Assembly (NCBI RefSeq): GCF_006345805.1 | Contig: NW_021832869.1 | Span: 59,111 to 123,110, forward strand | DNA: 64,000 nucleotides | Source: Octopus sinensis | Taxonomy: Eukaryota | Direction: 5' to 3' | In this document: positions 27,484 through 40,110 of the stretch, one piece after another | Layout: the number at the start of each line of letters is the position of its first letter | How positions within the stretch are numbered: position 1 is the stretch's first letter | The notes under the pieces: generated by a model | The model's input: only the letters and a program-made list of their open reading frames with translations | Database searches by the model: none | What the model was told of the DNA's origin: nothing | Translations under genes and position numbers: made by a program

Positions 27484-28945
27484 GGGTTTTCCACACTTTT
27501 TCGCCACTTTTGCAAGCAAATTCTGCCACTTTTTCAAGCAATTTCGTGCATAAGAAGATTATCGGTTTATTGTTTCAAGCAAATTCGCTACTTTTCCAAG
27601 CAATTCCGTCACTTTTTCAAGCAATTTCGCAATTTTTTCAAGCAATTTCGCCAAATTTTTTAAAAATAAATTTACCTTTTTTATGTCAATTAAATACATT
27701 TATAAACCTATTAAACGCTACATTTTTTGTCATGAGTAGAAACAAAATTAACAATGATACTAGAAGATTGACAATAACTCACTCAAATTCAGGACTAAGC
27801 AATACGGAAATCTCAAAAATACTTAAACTTCCAAGGAGTACAATAGTTTCAATAGTTAACACATTTCATAATGAGGGAAGAATATTTATAAAACCAACAG
27901 GTGGAAATAGATCATCAAAGCTGAATGAAAATCAAAAAAATCAAATTAGAGAATGGGTTGATTGTCACCCTACGATAACATTACGTGATTTACAAAATAA
28001 ATTTTTTTCAGAACAAAATTTAGCCATCAGCAAAAGCACTGTTCATCGATGTTTAAAACAGTTTCACTACACTCTTAAAATGATAACTACTGCACCAGAA
28101 GCAAGAAATACTCTTAGGACGTTGGAATTAAGATTCGAATATGCTACGCAGTTCGATAAAAAATTACTTGAAATCGATGACAAAAAATTATTTTCATTGA
28201 TGAAGTTGGATTTAATACATCATCAAGAACTAAAAAAGGGAGAGCAAAAATGGGTTTAATTCCATATTTAGTCATCGCCTCTGTAAGAAGCAGAAATTTT
28301 TCCGTTATTGCTTCCATGAATAAATATGGAATGATCATGAAGAAATTACACAATGGACCAATAAATGGAGAATTTTTTGTGAATTACATTGTTAACTTAA
28401 AATCTACGTGTATTGACAATGGAATTGAATCCCCAGTTTTTATTATGGACAACGCTAAAATACACCATTACAAACTGTTAAAATCAAAAATGAGTGAAAT
28501 AAATTTTAGATCTACCACCATATTCACCATTTTTAAATCCAATTGAAAATGTTTTTTCGAAATGGAAGAATCATGTAATTAGCGGAAATGCAAAAAAATA
28601 AAATGAATTGTTTATTTTAATTAATGAGGGCTTTGAATCAATTACAGAAAATGAGTGTAATGGATTCTTTCGAAATATGTTACATTATGTAGCAAAATCA
28701 TTCATTCAAAGAACTGATCCATTAGAAATTGATTAAACTTAATGATTCTTTTGTCTCATTAATTTTGCTCTCTTTTTCGGCTTTCCTTTTTGAATAAATA
28801 ATAATTCATTCATAGAGCTATAAACAAAAATCTATATTAGTAAGACGAGTATATTTCTAAAAAATAAATTTTTAAAAATTTGGTGCAATTGCTTGAAAAA
28901 ATGGCGAAATTGCTTGCAAAAGTGGCGAAAAAGTGTGGAAAACCC
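27484..28945 (+). mobile_element. IS630/Tc1-mariner transposon with 36-bp TIRs, TA duplication and internal ~23-bp direct repeats; transposase (about 27732-28725) frameshifted
   Basis: TA|GGGTTTTCCACACTTTTTCGCCACTTTTGCAAGCAA ... reverse complement|TA; HTH, DNAKIHH, PPYSPFLNPIE-like motif. Confidence 0.92.
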
Positions 28946-29039
28946 TATAATAAAAACAATGTAATACGCATTTAATATTAAATATCTGAATGCTGTGAAT
29001 TTATTTCGTGGCATCAATGAATATGCATTATCCCTATAT

Positions 29040-29235
29040 AATTATTATGACATTGTCCTCTCATACGCAGACGACATCGTATTAGCCTCACGGGACATCC
29101 AGAAGGCCTCTGAAAGGCTCCGAGCTAACTTGAATCGGCTGAACCTATGGATGACGGACAACCGGCTCGTGGTAAACGCGGCCAAGTCCGCCACGTCCCT
29201 CTTCACTTCCGACAAAGGAATGGGAAGAACTTCAA
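29040..29235 (+). mobile_element. LINE RT fragment
   Basis: VLSYADDIVLASRD..LNLWMTDNRLVVNAAKS. Confidence 0.75.
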
Positions 29236-30449
29236 AAAAAAATTATTAATAGATTTATAAAAAAAATAATAAAAGGTAACTTATATTATTTTTGGACGCT
29301 GAATTCAAAAATGTTATCAGATATGAGATCAGACCTTCATGCTTTGAGATCTAGAAATTGGTCCCTTATCTCCACGTAGAAATGCCTAACATAAAAAAGA
29401 ACTTGTTTTTTGAGTTCGCCAAAAAATTTTAGCTAATATAGTTATATTTTATTACAACTTAATTGTGTAATATTTAAATTTAATTTGACTGATGTAACAT
29501 GTTTCTAGTGGGAACATGTAATAAAACATATTAATTCTAAACAAATCACAAATACATAATTAGCAATTAAAAAATATATATATGTTAATCTTGACGTTCT
29601 AAATTCATTTCTGTATTCAGAAATCTCATCAGATCTTCCTAGAGAGAGTTATGAATTCTGTCCCTGATTTCTTTACGAAGGTCTGAGGAGAAAAACGAGC
29701 TGATTTCCCAACTCAGGAGCAAATTTTAGTTAATTTAGTTATAAATTATTATGTTTTAAAGCGATTAAATTTGATGGGTGTTAATTGTTTCTAGTGGGTG
29801 CACCACGTACGATGGCATTCAGGGTCAACGTCGGATCTATTGTAATATATCAAACCGCAAGTATCTTACTCAATTGGATCAAATACGTCAACAAAATTTA
29901 CCTTAGTGGCAAGAAACATAATAAATCACTTCTAAAATAATAGCGTTCTTATTTAAATCTAAAAATGCGTTTTTATCTTGACCAAAAATAAACGCGAAAT
30001 CTCCACTTGTGTGTAACCAATCGACCTGATTTTTCCAGGACAATTGCCTCCCTTGATGGTCTACTATATTAACTTGTTCAACCTCCTCTAAACCTTTTTA
30101 CTATCTCAAACTAAGGAACCATGTAACTTAAGATGTCAGACTTACAATGAAAATGAGAAAATAAATAAATTAATAAATTAAAAATATTGTTATATATCAT
30201 TTTTGATGTTTTATGAACGTTTTTGCATGCAAAACTGGAGTTAGACGTTCCTAGACCTTAGTTTCTTTATAGGCTACTACAGTGTATGCTAATGGCCTAT
30301 CCATTAGGGCCCTTCTTCAAGAGGCCTGGAATTATGCAGTTTATTGATAAAATCTCTAGAATACATTAACAAATTTCCCTAAACATATTATAAATTAGTC
30401 AATTAACAAATTTGAATAGTTGAACGCTCTGAACTTTACATATTTCTGA

Positions 30450-32355
30450 CTAAAAATGAGTCTTTATTTCCCGACAAAACACCCCGAGATCCCCACGTGT
30501 GTACATCCAATCGACCTGATTTTTTCAGACATAAGTTTAAATATGATAGTAAATTGTATTAAAAAAGAACAAGGTGATTTGTTGCTCAACATGTTGATCT
30601 TCTCGCACGTCCTACAAATTCTCGTGACAAAACAAACTTGGACCTTCTTCCAATCAGAATACACATCAATCATTACATCCTCCCAACGACAGTTCTCGCA
30701 ACCTAGAGTCCCCAATCTACAATCAACACGCATTACTGACCTCTTTCGATATAGGATAATCCTCATTGGGCAGTAAAATCAGTTTTTGAGACCTTTGCCT
30801 CAACTACCAATAAACAAACACACACAACCTGCTCAACATAGGACCAATGTCGAGACAAGCCCTGTTGAGACGACTTTCATCATTTAGCAGTTCTCGGAAT
30901 TTGTCGAGACTCTCCTTCATATATTCAATCTCCTCGGTCTTGAATGGTTTCCTGTAAATAAACCATTCAACATGACCAAAATCTCCTTCAAACGGGAATT
31001 GAACTTTTCAACCAATCTAATTAACATTAAACAAAAAAGCACTTTGATTTAGAAAAGTCTTGTTCGTATTTTAAAAGCACATCACACTTTGTTTCAAGGC
31101 GGTCTCGGATTATAGTGACCTTGCTCACAATAATGTGGAAAATTTGTCTCCTCTCACTCAAGAGTGTCTCGGCCTGTCCAGAAGGTATGTGGACTATAGA
31201 ATGGAGACTCAAACTCGTCGAAGGACCCACCAAACCCAACAACTCCTCGACAAAATTTAAAATCTCAAATAATCCCACACCAAAGACTCAGAATGCTCAA
31301 ATCTGTCGTTTATTGTAGCATCATCTTTTGGATGAGACGTCTCAATGGGAATAAATTTCTCCTTCTTAACAGAAATAGCATTCCTTATCATCTCATTGCT
31401 AGTCAGTGCCTCCCGCGTTTCAAGTTCTGCCACTTTTCTCTTGAGAAAAACATTTTCCTGTCTAAAACCCGAATCGGGCGAGGCTACGTCGTTTGGCTCG
31501 TTTAAAAGTACGGAGCATCCGAAGAGTCTCAAACTCCCTCAGTCGGTTCCTTAACTCCGCCAAAGCCTCCCCTTGTCGCTCGATTGTAGCTAAATGTCGT
31601 TCTCCCTTGCAGAGCGACCCCATGGCCATTAAATCATTTGCCTTTGGATATCGCTCTAACTGGGCTACGGTTCTTCTCATCTCGGGAATCCGCCAGTTCT
31701 TGCCCAAGTTGGACAAGTCTGTCCTTCGCTTCCTTGTGGGATTCATTCAACTTGGAATATGTCTGCACTCTAACACATGAGAATAAGGGTCACTCGAGTT
31801 GTGCCATTTTTTGATTTCTTGCTTGTATTTGGCTACTTCATCGGCACATGAATTACGTTGCAAGATAACTATTTCCTCGTCTTTCTTTCCGAGTAGATTC
31901 CGAGAGTCTGTCAACTCCTGACTCACTCCGTTGTTCGAGTCTGACACTCTCGCCCTCAAAACATGCATTTCCTGCTCCAACGAAGAGATTAGAGATTCCC
32001 TCTCTTCACATTTTGACTCCAATCTGCCAATTTCCATTCTAAAATAACAAAATATATTTCCATACTTTAATCGATTAACTGTCGTTTTGAACTCGGTAGA
32101 ATTGACTTGGTCACCCGACTGAGACTTGCGGTTTTCCATTTCTGTGTTGATGACAGACAAACCAGAGTTTGAGTCGGATTGACTCGATTTTTGCTGCTTT
32201 TTTTGGGTAAGTTTTAAAAGCCGCTCTTCCTGTTTGCAAATTGTCAACGAATGCTGCTTGATCTGCTCACGGAAATTTTGTGACTCGGTCTCATAGTACT
32301 CTCGCTGGTCCGATATCGCCCTCAACCTCAACTTATTCTCATTTTCCAAGGCGAC
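30450..32355 (-). CDS. FHAD1: FHAD1-like coiled-coil protein, C-terminal half
   Basis: GSLCKGERHLATIERQGEALAELRNRLREFE matches recalled FHAD1 motif; tiny introns; 3' end approximate. Confidence 0.7.
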
Positions 32356-32659
32356 CTTACGATTCGATTTCTCCCAGCAATGTCACCGGTTTTATAGCCC
32401 ACCGGGTTGGATATCGAAAAAACTAACAAAAAAATATAAATATAATCTAAAAATCATCTGAAAATATAATTAACTTGATTTTCTTCTTTTTTTTATTAGT
32501 TTTTATATTTCTGCGTGCTACATAAATCACACATAATTCATTTGAAGCTTTACATTTTTTAAATAAATAAAATTTGATTTATTTAATAGGAGTCAACAAA
32601 AAATAAGAATTAGTTTATTTAAAAAAAATTAAAAAAAAAATTCTAATGATTTTTGGTGG

Positions 32660-33345
32660 CAGTCTTTCATCTTCTCTTTATATTGCTCTGCTTTTCCATT
32701 TCGTATTTTGTGCATTCTAATTTTATTAATAAAAAGAAACTAATTAAATTTATAAGCCCAGAGCCTTCGAAGTGAGCAGAGGGTGGCAATCCACACACCT
32801 CCTCCCCTTCTTCCTCCTCTTCTCTGGCACTGTAGACCTTCGAGAAGGTGCAGTCCAGCGCCTCTCGCTGACTAAATGTCAGGAAAGGGCTTGATTGGCG
32901 AGTATCAAACGAGACACTCTCCAGAGTCCTCTTAAGAACAGTTGACTGTATATAAGCCTGTAGAGACTGATCTACACCCAACTGTCTTAAATACCGCTTG
33001 TGGTAGTGACCAGTCCATCCCATCACACACGGGATGACATCAGTCCTAGCTCGTTTGCAAGGAGGTCATACTTCCTCCTTTTCTCCACTATCTGCAAACG
33101 GTCTAGGCATGCCCGCCTCCACGATAACAATCTCCCCTTATCGTGGACCACAATGTCGGGTCTGTTGTGTTGGACAACAATCGAGGTGCGTATCCACCTT
33201 AATGCACACCCGCGAGTTCTCACACCGATTGAACTCGATGGGTTCGCAACACCGCCTCAAGCCATACTTATTGCAAAGCAAAAGATGGAGGGACCTCACT
33301 ACCTCGTTATGCCTCCATGTGTAATCATGGTAAAGCATACTGCAC
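32660..33345 (-). mobile_element. R4/NeSL-like REL-type retrotransposon 3' fragment
   Basis: RHNEVVRSLHLLLCNKYG, NRPDIVVHDK, KYDLLANELG, YHKRYLRQL..AYIQSTVLKRTLESVSFD; same type as 55439-56075. Confidence 0.75.
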
Positions 33346-33597
33346 TAAGTTTTTCACATCATAGATCATTAAAAAAATTCGAAATTAGTTTAATTTATAG
33401 AAAAATTTTCCATTTATATCCAAGAGCTGGAATATCAAGTGCAAATTAGTCTTGGGACGGTGAGGTATTTATTCACTTTTTGGTAAAATATTTGGATTTA
33501 TCTTCATATCGATCAAAGAATTTATACTAATCTCGAATTCATTCGTATATTCACACAATTATTAACATCGAAATGTGGGAAATTGAATATTTCAACA

Positions 33598-33680
33598 TTG
33601 CTGTGATCCGAGGGAACAGCTTCGCCATTCGCGAGGCTGGCAGGGTGTCTCGTGAGGCCATTAATTAGCTTAGCTATCTA
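33598..33680 (+). mobile_element. CRE family 3, short 3' remnant
   Basis: AVIRGNSFAIREAGRVSRGH*; last 31 nt identical to 60432-60462. Confidence 0.6.
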
Positions 33681-33738
33681 TTTACTTTAATAACAGTTAT
33701 GCAATCGGGATTATTGCGCAACTTACTTGCACAAGAGA

Positions 33739-34246
33739 ATTACGAAATAAAAAATAATTATTGAGATTTATTGAACTGAAAAAACACCATTGAAAATAAG
33801 AAATGTATAAACAGGTAAATTAACTTTACTTTCGAGCAAATCTCGGTGTTTGAGGATAAGTTAGACTAGGAACCCGCACACTCGGAAGTTATCGAAAATA
33901 CAAATAACCCAAACCTTATCCTTGTAATACAAGGATTTGGGCACAGGTCTGGCCTTGTAGACTGTGCTGGCACGGTCGACACCGTGAAGAGTACAATATT
34001 GTCGACAGTCCTGAGTTTGATACAGGCCTTCTGGGGAGAATGTCAAAGGGCGGCAAAAAAGCAGCCCTCCAGTAGTGAGGAGGAGTACTCGTCGTGGTCG
34101 AGAATATTGTGGGCCATTAAATATTCTCGACAGTCCTGAGTTTGGTCGATAAAGTCTTGTAATTTGACAGGACACGGATCAAACATTCTGCCCAATGGTG
34201 TTTTTTCAGTTGAATAAATCTCAATAATTATTTTTTATTTCGTAAT
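33739..34246. mobile_element. 508-bp non-autonomous TIR element with 54-bp TIRs and GC-richer interior
   Basis: 33739-33792 is the reverse complement of 34193-34246 with 1 mismatch; no clear TSD. Confidence 0.8.
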
Positions 34247-34787
34247 GAAATTTTGAAAGTGTCCATTTATCCGACTGTGGCATAAAAAACAAAAAAACAG
34301 CGTTGATTTGCTTTCATGTTGAGCGGGAGTTCATTTCAAAGTGATAAATGCAACGAAATTTCGAAAAGCAAAGAATCTCAACGCGACCAGGAATTTGTCC
34401 AATCGCTAAGAAAATGCAATAACTAAGAGCAAAGAATCTCAAGAACAAAATTTTATATCCGATGCACAGCTTGAAATTCTTGTTTCAATAGAATCAAACA
34501 GTCGTTCTTGTTTCAATAGAAAATATCATAAAAAATATCATAAATAGCTTTATCGACTCAAAATATAAAGAATAAAAACGAATAAACCAACTTTGGGCAA
34601 ACCAACCACTACTTTAAAATCAACCAGTTAATTAAGACATTAAGTAAAACTCAGAGCCTGAACCCCTAGTGGTTTCTGACCCCCTCGTTGTGCTTTATCG
34701 ACTCAAAATATAAAGAATAAAAAATAAAAAATTTTCATTAAAAATAGGATGAAATACAATTTTCAAAATTTCAAAATAAGTAGAATA

Positions 34788-35211
34788 TTGTTCTCGTTTT
34801 ATTCTGGGAGACCTTTGGTCTGGGATTCCACTTGTGTGGATACCTTCTCAAAGTCTTTCATCAACGAATCGGCCTCTCTTGCTGGGTCTCGTGCTAATAA
34901 GGCTGAGCTTTCGAAGTGCCGGAAATATCAGTCTTTGATGGATGACTTTTGGTTTTGGCCAATCGTTGTCGAGACTTCCGGCGTCTTTGGCTCCGGGACC
35001 CTCACTTCCCTAAGAAATGGGACATCTTTGTTCTTCGCGGTCCAAGGACCCTAGGGAATTTACTTTCCTCATTCAGAGGATCCTGCTGGCTGTCATGCGT
35101 GGCAACAGCTGTTCCCTCCGTCTCGCTGGGAGAATTTATTAGTTTGTTGACTTTACTTAATTAAAATTAACATTTAGTAGAATATAAGTTCAAAAAAAAA
35201 AAAAAAAAAAA
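34788..35211 (+). mobile_element. 5'-truncated CRE family 1 copy with poly(A) and ~10-bp TSD
   Basis: Near-identical to 5981-6352; TSD AAGTAGAATA at 34778-34787 and 35212-35221. Confidence 0.92.
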
Positions 35212-35689
35212 AAGTAGAATATACAGATTGAAGGAATAAACTTACAAATATTACAAAATGATGAAATTTCAGATAACCATTAAAAGAAACTACATCTCAG
35301 AATATCCCTTCTGAATCCAATTAAATAAAAAAATAAAGATCGACCAAATAATGTAATACAACAACAAGGTATGTCAACCGCGTGTTTACACGTGCATAAT
35401 TTATTAGGTTTTCTATTAATAATTGGGTGACCAAAAATTAAAATAATTTATTAATGACAACAAACATTATTTTAATTAGAACATAATTCTACCTAGTAGC
35501 TTATAAACAGTGTAAATATTAGATCGCATATCTCATAGTGTTTTTAAGTGATCAGTCGTTCTCATCAGTGGAAAGCTTCAACAAAAACTATCATAGATGC
35601 AAGAAAAATTGATTATCAGAAGAGCATGTATAAGAAGTGGGAGCTCAAAATTATGACTCAAGAACGAAAAAATTAATCAGAGAAAGAAC

Positions 35690-37446
35690 CAGCCTCAGAA
35701 AAGAAAAGTATCGACCAAAGTAATCATCGATCGAATCAGGCTCTAAACATGCTTATTACGAATAATACCAACCAAGTCCAAAGGAAGAAGCTAAGCCGAA
35801 TCTCTAGAGCCATGAATAAACAAGCCTCTATTTCGGCCATGTGGACGATGTTGAGACGCTTAAAGAATCCTGACGAGCGTAAAACAGAAACATATCAGCT
35901 CAATCTAAACAATTTTATGAAACACTGTGTCAAGATTAGTCATATTCCTTATAAAAAAATGAACTCACAGTCAAGATTAAAATCAAAGCCATCCAAAAGG
36001 CCCCCGACGACTTATTTTCTTCCTGAAGAGGTGTCTGAAACAATCTCGAATCAGAAGAAAACAAACTCATGTGGACCGGATGGAATTCCGCTTATTCTAC
36101 TAAAACACTTGGGCCCAGTTTCAATAAATGCTTTAACCACGATCTATAACACATCATATTCACGAACTCTATACCGAACTTATGGAAACTATCAAAAATC
36201 CGGCCAATATTAAAACCTGGAGACCGAAAAACGACCCCGGCTCCTATAGACCAATATCCCTTATATGTGTGCTGTCAAGAATCTTGAAAAACTGGTTCTA
36301 AAACATATTCGCCCTTTACTCCCACAATCCACATTTCAACATGGATTCAAGGAGGATTGTCAACGACCTCCTTCCTCACCACACTAACAGATTCATAAAT
36401 GAAGGACACAAAAGAAGAAATGGCAGGAGAAATCAATTGTATGCACTATCGACATTCAAAAAGGGTTTGACTCCGTCCCAAGGAAGATCCTAATTCAAAA
36501 GATATTTGGTACAAATATTTCTACACCTATGAAGCTATGGATAGCGAATTTTTTGAGCGGACGTCGTGGGAAAGTGTGCGTCGGGAACGAGAGTTCAAGA
36601 TCACGCTTATTGCCCAATGGTGTACCCCAGGGTTCTCCTTTATCCCCGACCCTCTTCAACTTATTTCTGAATGATCTCCCGGTTCCTATGGATAATAATG
36701 AATACTACTCTCCTATGCCGATGACATAGTTGTCGCATCTAGGGATGTAAATGTCGAATACGCGAAGGAAAGACTACAAAGAATACTGGACGAATTATAT
36801 GGATGGCTATATGAAAACAGACTACATGCATGTTCCGAAAAGTCAGCAGTCACCCTATTCACGAAAAACAGGAAGATGGGGACGAAAATTATTGAAGTCA
36901 CGCTGAATGGGTCCCAATACCACAAAAGAAAAACAGAAGATATGGGTGTAACGTTTGACACTTTCCTCTGTTTCTCACCTCATGTTGAATCAATCGTGTC
37001 AACTTGTATAAAGAAAATCAATTTTGTGGAAAGCCTTTCTTTCGAACTGTGGGAGAACTTGTCCGCCAGGGGTAGAGACCCTTTACAAGCAGTATATCGA
37101 GCCAACAATAGGCTATGCATGTGCTGCTTGGGGCTGTAACCTGGCGGCAACGAACCAACTAAAAATCGAGAAAATCCAAGAAAAATCCATAAACATACTG
37201 AAGGACCATACCGACATGAAAATTGTCCATCGAACACTGGAGTCTCTTGTAGAGGCAAGGGGAGGGATCGGGAGATGGACCACAAGCATTTCACCGTACA
37301 TACAGAAAGTGTGTGGGGTCACGGTCTGAACATCGTGAAAAGATGGCTAGACTGTTGAGAAGTGTCGGAATCACCTGAACACGTTAGTTAATGGTTAAGA
37401 CGGTGATTCTGTTTTTGGCTTAAATAATAATAATAATAATAATAAT
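35690..37446 (+). mobile_element. LINE family A (RT domain, 5'-truncated, frameshifted), (TAA)n tail
   Basis: SCGPDGIP, YRPISL, NGVPQGSPLSPTLFN, YADD; ORF ends GIT*; tail 37421-37446. Confidence 0.9.
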
Positions 37447-37565
37447 CACCCCTACACTATGACATACGACAATAAATAAGGTGTATAATAAATATACTTT
37501 TATTTTTTTTTATTTTTTTTGAACATAATTTATAGTAACTTTTATTTTAAATACAATATTTGGTC

Positions 37566-39598
37566 TTTCCAAGGCGACTTGCATTAACTCTGCTATTCGG
37601 TCTCCTCCTTTGAAAGAAGACTCATCCTCTCCTCCGCCAATTCTCGGATCTTGGCCATTTCCCGACACGATTCTTTATTTTCTGAAATATAATTTTTAGT
37701 TGGAACCTTTGGCAACAGTTCTCTCCACTGCAAGTTCAATCTGCCTCCTCAATCTGCATTCTGATTGGCCTCTTTAATGTCCTGAGCGTATTTTTTCCAT
37801 TTCTTGTACAGACTCGTCGTGGAGTGCTTAATGCAAGTCGCCAACACGGCGATATTCTCAGTAATAGCTGTGATATACTTCATGGAAATACTCAGACGGC
37901 TTATAGACCATCCTCCAAGTAATCTTTGTGCAGTTTTTTGCTTTGAAAAGACAAGTGTTTCACGGATCCAAACCAAAGAGTCCCTCCTCAATCTGCTCAC
38001 CAGACAGTCCAAATGTGAAGACATAGCACTCCCACCCTCCAAATACTCTCCCTGCACTCCCAAAATAGAATAACCAATTCCCTGTCGATTGAAACACGCA
38101 TATCTCTCATTTTCGACTGAAAGTCCGCCTCCCTGTTGTTAAGGACGCCAATTTCAGTGGTCAAAGCTCCCCCCTTGCCTTCGTAAACCTCCCGGACAAT
38201 CTGGCGACCTCTCGTGCAATGACCTCATCGCTGATCTCCTCGCAGTCCGTGAGCAAGTCTCTGACGGAAGTGAGGATCTTTTCTTTAAATTGTTCATACT
38301 AAACCGTTTTTACATTTTGGTAACCTTATTGACTGTTTTTTGGAGTTCAAGACGGTTGGCGTTTCCCGCCTCTTCTAACTGGTGGTTTTCGGTTTTTTAT
38401 TTGTCAATTTGAGTTTCCAGTAGATTGCATTGCTTGGCAGTAAATTGACGGCAAAACCTCCGCGTATTTGTCTATCCTTTTCTTTTGTCTTAACATTTCC
38501 TGTCTCATAATCTGCTGTAAGTCGACGTCCTTCACTTTCTTGGATTTTTAGACTCTACAAATCAAATCGAGACAAAACATTTTGCAGACTCTCGAGCTCA
38601 GGGTTGTCCAATGTCATATTAATAAAAATAACATCTTTTTTCAAGAATTCTCAATCTCGACTGACTGCCGGAATATCAATTCGTCCTAAAAGTCTAACTT
38701 CACCTTAGAAACTGAATCTCTTTGTAGTTGAGTAACTAATTCCTCCAATATCTTCTTGTCACGGTGAACACATTTAAATTCCGCGGAGGATGGCGACTTT
38801 GGTTCTTCCACGTTTTGGACTGATCTTGTTTCACTCAATTTAACCTGAAAATATAAAATCACAAAACCTTGTCTGAAAGTGAGTCAATAAGAGAGTCTTT
38901 GTATGTCACCTGTTCCTTAAGTCTCTGCCGTAACTCGAGACTGTTCGCCAGCTCTTGGGCGGTGAGATCCTTTCCTGAGGTGGTCTACTTTGCGTTCCAA
39001 TTCGTGAATAATCTCTCTCTGCAGTCTCAACTCTTTGTCCCTCCTTCCACTTTCCGAGACCACATTTTTGCTCTTCTTAACTCTTCTCGGAGTTTTGTGA
39101 CCTCGTCTTCTTGATGAGTCCTACTGGATGGGGACATTGGCTCACTAAAAGTTATTTCCCGGTCTCACAATCGGTTGCCGGAGTGTAGAGAGACTCCCCT
39201 TGGCTCTGAAAAAATTATTCCTGGCGGAAAATTTTCAACCAATTGGGAATGACGGGTGATGGTGGGACAGTTATTTTGTACAGGTGGTATTTCTCCAAGA
39301 CAGAACTCGAAAGCTGATGGTTCGAGACCGAAATTGATTATATCTCCCGGGGATAGTCTGACTGTCGTTATTCTGTAGCCGTTCACGTGAGTGCCTGTGC
39401 GGGTGTTCAGATCTTGAAGGATAAATGAATTATTGTGTTTTGAATAATGAATTGTGGCGTGTCTATCGTCCACAGAACTCGACTGGATAATATATTATGT
39501 GATACATCGATTATTAGTCCACATTGGCGGCGTCCTACAGTGGTACATTCCCCGAGTTCGTATAATATGCCATTGCTTCTCAGATATGCACAATTCAT
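37566..39598 (-). CDS. FHAD1: FHAD1-like protein, N-terminal half with FHA domain, frameshifted
   Basis: AYLRSNG..TTVGR, IDDRHATI, FILQDLNTRTGTHVNG, LSPGDIINFG. Confidence 0.8.
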
Positions 39599-39738
39599 GC
39601 CTAATTAATTAAGCAGCATAAACTAATAACCGATTTTGTTAATAAAATGTTGTCCGGGAAACATTTTATTCATTTTTTAAACCAAAACAAAGATAAATTA
39701 AATTAATAATTAGAATTTTTTCATTATTGGACAACTAA

Positions 39739-40110
<372 letters not shown>

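Larger units (their letters stand above)
32356..37578 (-). other. 5.2-kb insert/putative giant intron in FHAD1 bounded by a 13-bp direct repeat
   Basis: TTTCCAAGGCGAC at 32343-32355 and 37566-37578; minus strand reads CAA|GTCGCC...TCGTAAG|GTCGCC. Confidence 0.65.

Noticed and set aside
32667-33026. MMGWTGHYHKRYL... as a nested host gene
   Set aside because: It is the frameshifted C-terminus of the adjacent R4/NeSL-like element.
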